A stretch of DNA of 49,531 bases, filler included, from Catajapyx aquilonaris (Eukaryota): the NCBI GenBank assembly GCA_000934665.2. It is 2 parts of 2 records of this genome, joined end to end, with 100 filler letters (N's around TTAATTAATTAA, not from the genome) between each part and the next. Parts side by side here need not be neighbours in the genome. Positions count along the whole stretch, not along the records: positions 1 to 24,716 come from JYFJ02005476.1; 1 more part is not named here. One strand, given 5' to 3'. Positions 1 through 13,028 of this stretch are shown in pieces (positions within the stretch are counted from its first letter, which is position 1; the number at the start of each line of letters is the position of its first letter). The notes beneath the pieces were generated by a model. That model worked only from the letters and a program-made list of their open reading frames with translations, did not search any database and was not told the DNA's origin. A program made the position numbers and the translations under genes.

Positions 1-2527
1 TTGGAGACCTCGTGAGCCCTAACCAGGCCTCGTAAAGCAATATGACCTTCACTTCCATATACTGGTTTTTCACAAGGAATCTCGCTACCTGAAGCTTGTC
101 CGCCATTTACCGACCACCCTGTATAACTGGCCAATATACAGAGGGACAATTTCCGGCACGTGTTCAGAGCAGCCTCCTGACACCTCCACCTTAGCATTAT
201 GTACACCCATGTGCCATTAGCTCATCTCCCCCATCAAGGGGGAGTTTGCGCGTCAGAGCTTGTCTAGTCCCAACTGGGAGCCTTTGATCGTGACAGTGCC
301 AGTGGTGGACAACTACAACCTGAAGCCTCCCAAATAAGGAGAAGAATGCAGGCTTCTTATGCCGGCATAATACACAATAATAGTGCAGTGCTGCTGAGGC
401 CTGAACACATTAAAATCATGCTTGAATTTTGCTTGAATTGAAGAGAGTGCTTCTCTGCCACTGGGACTGCCGCTGTCTAAGGCCCCTGGTTGTGACTACA
501 CCAGCACCAACTTGGCAACTCCCCCTGGATGGCGGGAGCATGCTAAGATCACACAAAATGGCAGAGAGTGTCTGGACTGGAGTATAAGACCGTGTTTAGA
601 GCTATCTGACCCAGTGAAAGGTTCACTTCAACCATTGAATGTATGTAATCATCACTGATGCCAATGACTGAAATTAAATTGATTCAAAAGTGAATTTCAG
701 CAGTACTGGTGAAGGAACAACACAAATCTGTTTCTGGGATTTGGATAAGGTGTTTGGAAAGTGTGATGCAAGCACCTTCTTGTTGTATGTTAATACAATT
801 GTGTGTCGTAATTGTGTTAATATGTGTAGGCCCTACACTTGGACAACACTTTTAGCACTTTACATAATATGTAATCAGCACAAAGGGTGATAGTGCATGC
901 ATATTAACTTTCCTGTTTCTTTCTGGCTATGTACCTTCACTGTTCTTTTTCATTCAGAGTTATAGGTACACTGGAATGGCTATGGGTGAATTCCTTTATC
1001 CAACTCACCAAGGGAAAAAACTCAGTATAATTGGACTTTGGTCCTATCTTCTTGCTTATATGTAAAGGAACATCAACAGGGTCATCAAGTGAGGAGAGAG
1101 TCAAAAACTTGGAAGTGACTAGGCTACATTGGTATAGTTTTTTTTTTTTTTTTGCTAAATTATATTTATTGATTTGTGTTTGGTTAAAAGTAGTAGCAAT
1201 GCCAGCACCATATGAATAGTTTTGCAATTATTTTGTAATATGCTACGCACTCTTGGATGTGCTAGTGCTCAAAATTAATGCATGAAGCATTTAAAATTGA
1301 CAGATAATTATAGTGGTTTCATATTCAGATCCCAAAGTGGTAGGTTCTAAGAGTCAATAATGTATTTAATTCTTCCATGTTGTACCCTTCTTTTCACTAT
1401 TATAAAGTTCTTGTGATCAAAAAGTATATTTGTACCTCATTAGCTCACAACACTACTATTCTCTGGTTTTAAAAAGTTGTAAATGACATCACCCATGATG
1501 ACATACACTCTCTTATATTGGTGCACTAGGCAAAAGGGAAATGATGTGGTGGTGATTACCTGAGAGTACTAAGAGAAATTATTAAAGTGACAATTAACAT
1601 CTAATGAAGGCATTGTCATTTGCAACATCTGGTCAGATTTTGACCTCTGTGGGGATTTGATGGGCACATTCAGCACATCGCATTAGTGAGCTTTATGGGG
1701 ATGACAGCCCCTTTCAGGGGATTGCATGCAGTATTCATTTAGCAAGCATCAGCTCATTAATGTACCATTTTAATGGTTCATGTTGAACCTCCTACATGTT
1801 TGCCACACTACAGCAATAAGTATTAATTATTTAAAAATATAGCTATGCATTTTAATACCATTTACATTAGTTGGAGTACTTGGTGTGATATATTAAATTG
1901 CAGACTTGAGAATCCATAAAATTTATTAAGCTTCATTAGCATAACTAACAGCTTGGGATAATAATAAATATATTTTCTCTAGATAATTTGAAACATCTCA
2001 GCAAGGAACCTCGGCAATCAATTAAAAACAAAATAGCTCTACTTACTGAGAACAATGTGAGTCATTAAACTTTCTAATCAAAACAACAAACTAGAAAACT
2101 CTAATGAAAGAACAATATGAACACTATCAACTGGCTTGAAGCCATAAAACCATTTTATAATTAGAGAACAAACTGGAAAATGCTCTATGAAATTAACACC
2201 ATAAACTTCAAAACAGCTATCTTGTCATGGAACAACACAAATAATAAAGCAAGAGATAAGAGAATGAAATGAAATATTTAGCAGTTCTTATTAGGGAACA
2301 TTAATAGCTCAAGAGAGAGGCAAAGTTCATTGCATTGCTCATGAAGGAACATAAATATCAACTCGGTCTTATCTGTGAATAACATTATGAACTGTGAGGA
2401 ATGGAACCCATGAAACTCTTTGAGAACTGTTTAAGATGATATTCACTGGCAACTATAAATAAAAATATGTTATTTTGGTTATATGCCCAAGCGAAACAAA
2501 CAGCAGCATTCCTATCTGCACATATAA

Positions 2528-5500
2528 TTAATACGGTTTGATTTTGAGGCCAGGGTGAAGGGGCTTGAGCTTAACTCGCCTAGAAAGCCCAAGCCGTAAC
2601 TTGCTTGCAGTGCTTCCTTCTTCCTCTTGAACAGTGGGTTGGAGGTCCGTCGACCATTGAAATGTATTTTTAGACATTTCTTTCAAAAGACAAAAAAATG
2701 TGTTATTTTCTACTTGGACAATTATTCTAAGTACTGCTTTAAAAACCCACCTTTTCTAGGAAGCGGATTGCAAGCATCAGTCTGGCCACCACTGGATGTG
2801 GAATGATGGGGGGAATCCAAATTCGTGACACCTGGGGAAGTGGAAAATATGATTTGTACCATCAGATAGGAGGATGTACTATAATGCTCAAAAAGATGGA
2901 GGTGATTTTGCATTTGAGTTCAATGCAAAATTGTCTCCCATCTTTTTGAGTGATATACATAGTACAGTAAAACATCTAATTATCACATTGCAGATATAAC
3001 TACTAATATGTGTAAGCATTGCTCATAAATGTACTAATTCCAACTAATTCTGTAGTGTAATTTTGTTACTCTTAATGAGAGCATCTGAAGCAACTTCCTT
3101 GTTACTTCCTGGATGTCATTCAGGCTAAACTCAAAAGAAATATCGTAACTTTTTCAAGACATAACGAGATTATTATCCACCTTCCCCTTCTACTGCCCTT
3201 GCCAAATACCATTACATTAACTCACTCTTCCCACTTGGGGTGATTTATGCCTATTGAGCATCAGATTAATTTATGTAGAGAAATAATAATTTGCAACCCA
3301 CGTCTACAGTGAAGTGCAGTGTTTGAATTAACCATGATAACAATACCAGTGTCAGGACTGTTGGTGTGCGATTCTTGATCATCATGATTGATGACGATGT
3401 TCCTAGCTGGGACTGCTTGATCTTTCTGTTGCAGCTGAGCAGACTGTAATGTTCCTTCCATCCTTTCCTCTGTGTTGGTCCATGCATCTTTGTAATGAAC
3501 TCTTATCCCATGAAGATCTAGTGCATCCAGCAAACGTTCATCTTTGTCGGCAGAATTATCTGATGGAGTTGGTGTCTTCTCTACAGGCACAATTTGCTCA
3601 TGATCTCTCTCTGAGATCAACTGGGAATCTACCATATGGTCTATGTAGAGATCCAGGTGTATGTCTTCATCATATTGATGTGACCCTGGCATGAAAGCTT
3701 GAGTTTGGATGGTGAATTCCTGCATCTTGTGGTTTTCCTGTTGGTTTTCTGAATTGATGGAGTCATCCACATCTGATAGGTCTTCAATATCTCTAAGGAC
3801 CTCCACTGTAGAAATATAATAAATTTGTTTTGTAACAACTGATCAGAGATATAAGTGTGCGTACATGTACTTTCACAGTTTAGTTGTCATTGTCCTTCAA
3901 TTTAGGAAAGTGATAATCTGATTTAACCCTACGATGGTGATGTGGGAACTTCTTGTGACCGAGTCACATTTTTTGTTATAACTTGGGAAATATAGCACAT
4001 TTGGACTTCATCTTTTAAACAATCTTGGGTTGATTCCTTCTGAGATGAATGACATTTAGTTTATAAATTTTGAGCAGATAGTAGGCTACAATCGTTAAAA
4101 AATAAATTATGCACTGATGCGTATTTGGGGCCATAATGGGGCCCACGTCACTGTTGGAGGGTTGAGAGAGCCTTAGCCATATTGATTTAGTAGTTTTGGC
4201 TACAGAAAATGAAAGTAAGAGAGCCTTATCGTTCTGTTTTTACTCCATTGAAAGATCTATCATTCACTCGATCCAATATACTGCATGTTCTTAATTTAGC
4301 AGTTTCAATTTGTGGACTTCCACTTGTCAAGTTGGAACTCCTTTGGCTGTCACGTTTTAGTTGGTCAGAAGAACTAATGGCTAATCTTCCATGGTAGTGA
4401 TATCTCAAGACTTTAAATGTTAGTTTCATTTTTGGAATTGCTGAGTCATTGTTGCGTATGGTGAAGTCACTACTATTTCTGGGTGCATCAATAATAGTTT
4501 ACTTCAGTTACCCTCAGTATTCTTTGCACAAGAAGTATGAAGGGGTTAGTGCCATAACGTGCTAAGCCACACTTTTGTGTTTTTTGAGCTTGCACGTGTC
4601 TGAAAGTCCCACCATCGTGCTTCACAAGTGGGCATCACGTAGTTAGAAAAATTCCCCATAGATCACGAGAAAATCACGAATAATGTTCCTTGTTTTGTAT
4701 GATTTGCCATGTTAAGCCAAACTTTTGAAAGCCCATATCTCAGAATGAAGGTTTTGTGGCTTAGCACGTTATGGCACTAACCCATTCATATGCTTCCATC
4801 ACATGAATGTATTCACAGGCATCACTTTCAGGGCAGGTGGTTTCTATGTCAATACCTGTCAAGAAAATATTAACTAGGCAAAGTTGAGAGAATAAAAATA
4901 CATTTCACATACCGGTACTTGACTGGTTCTTGCTAATGTTCTTAGCTTCCTGTAGAGAAGATGCAGTAACTAGTCCTGGTGAAGCAAGTACTTCTTCCTT
5001 TGCTGGTGTCAGCTGACTGCCTTCATGCACATTCAATACACCCTGGGTATTGTTGGGTCCTTGAGGCATTGGAAATGTGGAATTTATGACTGAGACATCT
5101 TCATATTGCATTGGTAATTGCATCTCTTGTTCATTGGATGGCATGGGGAGCATGTCTTCTGCCATTTCTAAGGCAGGGGTACTTTTAAGTGCAATATCAT
5201 GAGGCATGCATGTGTTGTCAGGTGAAGCTGTAATGGTTAACTTGGGAAGTACCAAATCAATGTCTTCAATTTGGTTTTGTTTTCTGTTACTGTCCTCAGA
5301 AATGGGCATGGACATGCAGTAACTCTCAAGTTGGCTGGTGGTATTCAGCTGAGTTTCTTTGGTAGCATCACAGGTGTTTGTATTGCTTGGCAGGCATTTC
5401 ATATTGTTAAGATTAGCATAATCTTCCAAACACGTTTGATCTGTTCCTTCTAGTTCATTTAAGTGATGGATGATATCATTACAAGTTGAAGTATCACACT

Positions 5501-8500
5501 CTGGGTCAGTAGTGACACTTGGGCCACTGTCAGTGGATGTCAGCATTGGTACTGAATGTTGAGTGACAAGAGTGGCAGGACTACGCTGAGTCACTATGTA
5601 TGTGATTTCTTCCAGTATAGAAATTACCACTTTCTCAGTGCTTGCTCTGGTGTGTTCTTCCTGGTTCATATTCATCTTTGTAACATCTTCCTGTTGTGAG
5701 GATACTTCCGTGGATTCCAGAGATAAATCTGTTGCTTCATCTAGGAGTGCAAAATCTCTCAGATCTGCACTCACCTCATGGTGGTCATTTTTGTCAGTAC
5801 CAGCTTCCATACCAACAACTTGACTACCATCGGGTTGCACTGTTATGGTAGAATGGTTTTCTGGTTCTTCATTATTTACTGACAAAGTTTTCTTCGAGGA
5901 GTCCTGCACATTGTCTTCTCTCTGTACATTTCCTGATTTTTCAGGTTCTTCTTGAAAACATGCTTCAATTATAGGAGTGTCACTCTCGTAAGGACAGTCT
6001 GTGCCCATATTCACTGCTTTTGGAAAAGAAATCGAGGGCTCAGTAGTAGTCAGCATCTCTGTTACTGCATTAGGCCCATTGCCGTTATTTTCCACAGCCA
6101 CACAAGCAATGTCCTGCATGGGAGTAACGTCTGAGCACCTTCCTACACTCACTTCTGGAAAACATGAGTGTTCTTCCTTGCCTACATAAGGCAGGCTCAC
6201 TCCGATGTGGGTATCTTCTGAAGTGCTGTCGGTTCCTGCAGCAGTTGATTTGACATCGCTAATGTCAGTGACTGAAACTACTACGTCATTTTCCTCTTTT
6301 TTGTTAGCTGCAACTTGAATGGTTTCAGCATTGATTTGGTTTGTGCAGGAGGCTGGTGTAGCTTCATCTGGTTGCGTAGTACTGGTACAAATATTTTTGT
6401 CTTCTTCATCTAAGTCATTAGTTTCACAAGGTGAACTGTGAGTCTCAGCAAGCCTTTTATCATCAATCAATTCACTGTCTAGTAACACAGAATCTGTGAC
6501 ATTTTCACATCCATTCTGTAGGGCAATACCATTATCTTCTATTTCCATGTGGCTCATATTTGGTACCATTTGATTGGTCAAGTTACATAGTGTGCCAGGA
6601 GTCTTGAACATGCCCATTTGCAGAGCAGTTGCTAATTCAGATATGTTTTGATCGGTTGTACTGTCACATTCTGCACCCATATTCATATCCTCCTTTGGCA
6701 GGGCGTAAGATTCATTCCCTGACATTGCATAATTGAAAGTGTCCTCAACTTCTGAACTTGGCATGTTGGAGGTGGTGCTTACTTCTCGGATCAAGAATGG
6801 TGGTACATCTCCCACTTTTTCGCTAAGAATCAGACAACGATGACAGTAACATTATTTAAGTAATAATAACAACATTCATAAGATAACATAACATAACATA
6901 ATAAGAAGACATTGCTATGCTGTATGTTTAACCATTTAGCTCACACCCAAATTGCCTGAAATGTCATGTAGTACAGTACAACCCCAAGTCATGTTGCTGG
7001 CCTGAGGCAGGGAAGAAAAGGAGAGGAGGGAGTTCTATAAATGGTTAGGCTTTTTTCTGCTTCTCATCATCTCACATTTTATGGGTGTACTTGGGATCAG
7101 GAGTACCAACTTGAGACAGGAATGTCCATACCATTTCAACATGTTACAGAGATGTGAGCTAAATTATGAAGCATATGGTGTACATGTATTATGTTGTCAT
7201 TGAATATATCATATTTATGTATGTCATTTTCTAATCCTCTGTTATTAGAGGAAAAAAAGTCTTCTCTAAGGTGATATAAGGGATGCTTTCCCAAACAATC
7301 AGCTCACGTCATGATAATTTTTAATGAGATTGATTCTAATAATATTAATGAAAAGTGAAACTCAGTTTTTGCGTATTTGACCCGAAATCTGGTTTGGATG
7401 ACATGGTCTACATGTCCTTATAAGCTTGGTCAGGGATTATTTGATTAACTCTTATAATTCAGCACAGTTATTTATTTTATTTTATTTTATTTTTTACCCT
7501 GTGATAAGGCTGAGCCTTTTGAGGGGGGTGGAATACAACCATTTCACTCCATTTTCCTATATTAACTTCATTCACCGGTGCAAGGAGTCAAGGATGTAGG
7601 GTAGGGATAGGGATTTTTGGGGAGGGAACATTGGTACAAGTGCAATGTCGATAAAGGGGTCATGTGCTGTTCCCCAGGAGGTTAGGTTGCCAGACACCTC
7701 CTTGGTGCAGGTCAGAGACCCTCCTGATGCAGGTGAAAGGAAAGTTCCCCAGGCAGGGATCGAACCTGGGGCCTTTCACTCAGCAAGCCGAGACGTTACC
7801 ATCTCGGCCATCTACACCTCCCCAAATATTCCAAAAATAATTCAGCATAGTTTTGAAGTTTCATTGCTACCTGTGAGAAATATTGATTTCCCAAACAACT
7901 GGACAACCCATACCCATGATCTACACTGGTCATCTAACATAACTAACCTGAAGCATTTCATTCGTTTGAGAGGGGGCATCATATCTCCAGACTCATCATC
8001 ATCATCACTGAAGTGATGCTTAGGGATGCTAGAAGGGAGATTCTCAGTCTTCTCACTACAGAAATCTGGAATGGAGAAGAACAGCATAATTATTACCAAC
8101 ATTATTTTGCTCCAGTTCCATTCAAATTAGAACTTTTTGTGGAAGCTAATATTTTATGATGCAATACAGACACAGTGTGTTAAAAATTAATTGTTCATAG
8201 CGGTTAGCAATTTTGAGTCACTAGTAAAGTGACTTTTAAGCATTCTTAAGGGTTATCAAGAATACAGTATTTGTTGGTGACCTTAGGCCTGGAATTGCTA
8301 TATTTGAGATTATGATGCCTTTGCAGGGAATATCCCATTTAGAAGCACTGCTGTGGTATTTGGTAGCTCAGTTATTTGCCTCATGTGTAGCTATAGGCTG
8401 ATTTAGGTTTAACATGTCAATGATAAATGCAATATTATTTTGCAGTGTGTGCAAGCTATGTTACAGAGGCTCTTATGAAAAGAAAAAACTGGCTAGAATA

Positions 8501-10777
8501 AGTTTAAAAAAAATAGTTACCCATTGGAGAGAACGGAGCTCTATTGGGGGGGGCGGGGGGGACCACCGTAATTGCCTTTTTTTTTTAACTAACACCTGTG
8601 CAATGACTAAAGGACATGGTGTAGGGATGGGTATTTTTGGGGAGGGGGGTGCAGGTGCAATGTCAGTAAGCGGGTCATGTACAGTCCCCCAGGAGGTTAG
8701 GTTGCCAGATACGGCAGAGACCCTCCTGACGCAGGCAAAAGGGAGCTCCCAGGCGAGGATCAAACCTGGGACCTTACACTCAGCAAGCGAAATGTTACCA
8801 TCTCGGCCACTACACCTCCCTGATACAATAAGATATTGTGATAAGAGTGGTGCACTTTCAAGTCCCCAGAGGATATGATCTATGGCAAGAAGTTATAGAA
8901 AATAATTTATTGCATGAGCCATCACATTTTTAAAAGAGACCCATTGGAATCATAAATCAGGGTCACATACGTATGCATACACATCCTAGGATTTTGTTGT
9001 TTCTCTTAAGCTAGTGTAAACAAGCCATAACTTATTTGCCTACACCAGCCCACTTCAAATGGGGATTTATTTGTACCTGCAGTTTCCTGCATTCAGACTA
9101 CCAACATATTATAATGATATTAATTGAAAAAATATGGGAATCAATTAAGTAGTAACAGTATTGAAGTAGTAGTGATTGTAGGAGTACCAATACTAATATT
9201 TAAAATAGTATTTTTTAATCATGGGTACTAATTTTGGTACAGTACAGTACCATACATCACACAGACCTTGTGTTGCACAGGGACCTTGTATATATTGGCT
9301 GAGTCCATGTGTGAAGGAAGGGTGATGCCGTGATTGGTGGGGCAATTGCAATGTCAACACTGGGTGATGTATCCCACCGGAAAAGATGAAACTATAGAAA
9401 GACTCCAATTCCACTTAAAAACCTGAATTTAGGTTTAGTTTGGTTTGTTGGAGGCAGAGGGTAACTGCAGGCTGTCGGTGAGCAGTGCCTTACTAGTTAC
9501 TAGATCACTATGCCATTCTTGGAAGTCACATGGTATATGAGTGTCAATGAGGACAATTTGTCAGTAGGCTACACTGGGCATCTGACCATGGCACTGATGT
9601 TAAATACTGCTTGCTGTGCCCTGTGCATATTTCTTTTTTTTTATTATTATTTTTTTTTATTGTACCCCGTTGGGAGTTAATTTCCATTAGGGGGGTGGAA
9701 TTACCACCATTTGGGTGGAACTGGTGTACTGTGTGATAGTACTTAGTGTGTTCCAAGGGTAGGTAGGAGGGGATGTGCAAAGTGCGTGTGCACAGACGTT
9801 GTATTTGCCGTTTTGTGAACTCCCCCGGGTGGCTTATGTGCAAGGATCGCCACCCGAAACGAAGCCAGAGACGGTCTCACTCTGCACGAAAGAAGGTGGG
9901 ACCCCGGGTGGGGATTGAACCCGGGACCTTAACTTCCGTGGGCGCACGCGTTACCACGGCGCCACTCCGTCTCCCGCCCTGTGCATATTTCTCACGTGTT
10001 ACTTGAGTTAAATCATTTACTCAAACACATGAAAAATATTCCACCAATTTTGTTCATCTGCTCCTTGTGACTCATGGCAGCTGTGGTCCAGCAAGTCTCC
10101 AAGGTGAGCACTTCATCTTGGACCCAGGTTTCTTTAAGATATGATAATACGAAATTACCTTAATTGATGCGCTTTGCCTATTTCTAATCACTACGGAGAT
10201 AATGTGTTAAGATTTAACACCTGCAGTACATAATACGGGTCATATATCCTGTGTATCGGATGACCTAAGTAAATAGCAATGGAGGTTGGCGTGACCCACG
10301 GCATGAGCTACTGCTGACAGTGAGAGGGGGGTTTCAGTTTCCAAATGAAGGCGAAGAATGACTTGGCGTGTACAGACATGTGTGTGACGTCATTCGAACG
10401 ATATGGGGTCAATGACCTCGATCTCCGCGCCTTGGTGTAGCAACCCATCTAATAATTATAATCTGCATCAATGAAATGGCGACACAACACACTGTACCTT
10501 GGTCTGTTTGGCTATCCGGATGGGCTGTTGCCTCATGGCCTCCCAGAAGCACATCGTTGGCGGCTGTGGTATAATGATTCTTCTCCGCTTCCCTCGGCAG
10601 CTGGTGGTAGCCATCATCAGTACGATCAGTCTGGATGACACTTATCATTTGCCTGGAATGATCAGGAATGTCTTGGTCGTCCGACGCTGGTGGGAGAGGC
10701 GTCGGGACGTGTTGCGACTTCGGTGTCATCAGGGTGAAGCCTCCCTTGTCCGCCACATCGTTTTGGGAATAGCCCAT
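2528..10777 (-). CDS. Large acidic, low-complexity protein (~999 aa) with C-terminal RAD51-interaction motif (RAD51AP1/RAD51AP2-like); exons 10777-10498, 8065-7948, 6822-4913, 3805-3347, 2831-2751, 2679-2528
   Basis: Six exons with GT-AG boundaries and consistent phases (1,2,1,1,1) sum to 3000 nt with no internal stop. The last exon reads EMSKNTFQWSTDLQPTVQEEEGSTASKLRLGLSRRVKLKPLHPGLKIKPY*, matching the remembered RAD51AP1 C-terminal motif LRLGLSRLARVKPLHP. Start codon uncertain. Confidence 0.75.
3927..4161. mobile_element. Degenerate piggyBac-like MITE
   Basis: TTAA|CCCT...AGGG|TTGA ends with imperfect ~20-bp TIRs (ccctacgatggtgatgtggg vs ccctccaacagtgacgtggg). Confidence 0.5.
4226..4855 (-). 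pseudogene. Degenerate (pseudo)exon of the RAD51-motif gene, interrupted by a MITE
   Basis: In-phase acceptor ttcttgacag|GT after a 57-nt intron gives GIDIETTCPESDACEYIHVMEAY. Then come the MITE, several stops, and a same-frame coding-like stretch ending ...NGVKTER* with no canonical donor. Confidence 0.45.
4539..4787. mobile_element. Sola-like MITE
   Basis: 33-bp TIR GAAGGGGTTAGTGCCATAACGTGCTAAGCCACA (1 mismatch). Flanks GTAT/ATAT are consistent with a 4-bp AWWT-type TSD. Superfamily inferred. Confidence 0.65.
7468..7823 (-). mobile_element. tRNA-derived SINE, family 2
   Basis: Minus-strand A box TGGCCGAGATGG and B box GGTTCGATCC, AT-rich tail at 7468-7495; close paralog at 8577-8820. Confidence 0.8.
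8577..8820 (-). mobile_element. tRNA-derived SINE, family 2
   Basis: A box TGGCCGAGATGG, B box GGTTTGATCC; aligns with 7600-7823. Confidence 0.75.
9635..9978 (-). mobile_element. tRNA-derived SINE, family 1, full length
   Basis: A box TGGCGCCGTGG, B box GGTTCAATCC, A-rich tail; flanking direct repeat GCCCTGTGCATATTTCT at 9618-9634 and 9976-9992 (TSD). Confidence 0.88.
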
Positions 10778-12859
10778 CGCGGAGGCTGTGTCGGGCGATG
10801 ATATGGGCGGAGTGGTCCAGAGAAGAGCCCGGCAGAGTATGCAACCCGCCGCGCTCTAGTGCTGGATGGCAGGGTTGCCCACAGGGGTTGCCCCTCGAGC
10901 CTGACCGAACTGTACCCTGCGGGCAGCTGGTTTGAGGGCGGGAAAGGAGGGAGGGCCGAGAGGTCAATGTACGACGGATGGAACGTTCTGGAAGGATATG
11001 GGGGAGGGAAAAGGCGCCAAAATGTCATACCCCATCCATCCGCAGGAGGGCAGCACTGGGCGGAAGCTTCCAATGTCGTTGCTGAGGTAGGATGACGTAT
11101 AGGGTAATTGGGTTGCCATGTTTCATACGGTCGGAATCTATGTCTCCGAAAATTCCGCGGGAAATTCGCGTCTTCGGCCACAATAAGTTGTCCTCAGTGA
11201 ATTAATTTGGTAGGATATTTTCTGTCAGAGATTTTCCTCCTCAAGGGAGTAACCATATACATAACACACAATTTCCAGATAAACAAAATCGCTATGACTA
11301 GAATCTAGACCACAAAGCAAACTAATGAAGTCGGGTTTCAATGAGCTGGACCGTCCCAAAGTGGGGTGGGGGAGGGGGAGGGGAGGGTAAAAGCAATTTG
11401 GGAGGATGGGAGGGGGAGGTAACGGGAGAATCCCGAGAAAACCGCACGAATACGGAAATAACCTCTTGAAACTCCTGATCATGCAAACTCCAGCACATTA
11501 CAGACAAATAATTAAAGTTAGTGTATTTAAAAAACGTTCCCCTAAAAGGCCCAAGGATGCCTATCACGCGGTACTCAACATACCAGTTCTTATTTCAGAA
11601 AACACACTCATATGGAGTGGCTAAAGGAACTATTTTCAAAAAGGAACTTTAGGAGCTGAGTAAATTGAGAATTGCTTGAGTAAGACCTGTGGTACAGCTT
11701 AAATCAATTGGGGAAGGTCTTACGTGCGCCTGCCTTGTTTCGGTACTTTCATTTCGCTGCGCCGCGGAGGTCTTACTACCCGTTTTTTCACTGAAGGGAA
11801 TGTTTTTGATCTAATTACATACAATAGCACATCTGTTTTCTGTGCCATGCTGTGTTGTACTGATTAGTGATGTACACTATTTCTGTTCTGTAATCACTGA
11901 ATTACTTAGCAGGTTAGCGATGAAAATCACAGTAGTGATGTAGTCCAATTACTATGCTACATTATTACTGTAATAAGTTACATTACCAAATAGTATAGCT
12001 GCATCCAATTTTGGGGGACAGAGCAATGATGGATTATAGAGCACAATATAAGTATGGCCAAGTTTTCATTGTTTATTTGTAGAGTTCACTTCACTTCCAA
12101 TAACGCCTGTACTCCCTGCCGTGCAGATTGTTCTCTGTTGCATGTGTAGCCTACTATAAAGTCTGATATATTTTATGTACTGTATTACAGTATATGAATA
12201 CATGACTACTGTTTGCTCGTAATAAGACTCAAGTATTGCATTGTGTGATTTAAATTGCACTCAACATTCTTTATTTTATATGTACAGTACATTATAATGA
12301 TCGGAAATGAGTATGCAATGTATGTTGCAGCCTGTAGGCCAATAGATAGTAATACGTACATAGTACAACAGTATATAATTTCTTCGATGTGCGCATTCGG
12401 GAAGCAATACAGGATCAGGATTTGAAACAGTAATGTAGTATTGTAAAAATAATCGGCAAGTGCATAACCATGTTGTTTATTACGAGCTTGCTCTGCTGAA
12501 CGTTTCAATAGGTATTTGGTTTTTAACTCAATAAAAAATGTAATTAATGAAATCACTCAGAGATTTTTCTCTGCAGCATCTATATACCTTTACGCCAACA
12601 CACCCACAGAAATCGTAGTATCGATTCGTATCTCTATCTCTGTGCAACACACCCCTTTGAATAATGTCGCGCACATTTTACGTAGTACAGTATTAGACTA
12701 CTTTATAATGCATACGTAGTCAGCCCAGGTCAGCCTTAGAATAGAAAAGGCCCTACTGATGTCACAAGTTTTTAAATTTTAATAATGGCACTGTTTAATT
12801 TAGTTGACATTCAATGTTTCTCATTATGGCACCAGAGCTATTATGATGCTGAATTGCAC

Positions 12860-12865
12860 TTTATT
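12860..12865 (-). terminator. Candidate polyadenylation signal of DHDDS
   Basis: AATAAA on the minus strand ~165 nt downstream of the stop codon. Confidence 0.45.
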
Positions 12866-13028
12866 AGTGCACTACAACTGATGCCATGGATATTGCATTG
12901 CAACATGAAACCTGCATTGGTATGTATGCCATTTTATTTTTTATACTCACTACAATGTAGACATTTGTAGGTGTGTCATTAAAAGTTGGCTGAAGTTGAG
13001 GCTTTAGTTTCTTGGCGTATAAAAATTC

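Noticed and set aside
130..600. Faint inverted repeat (~215-245 vs ~515-545)
   Set aside because: Too degenerate to define ends or a TSD; probably an old MITE.
6916..7182. Possible old MITE (ATTTAGCTCACA inverted)
   Set aside because: Only ~12 bp of clean match.
7740..7823. tRNA gene
   Set aside because: A/B boxes continue into a SINE body and tail, with multiple diverged copies; these are SINE heads.
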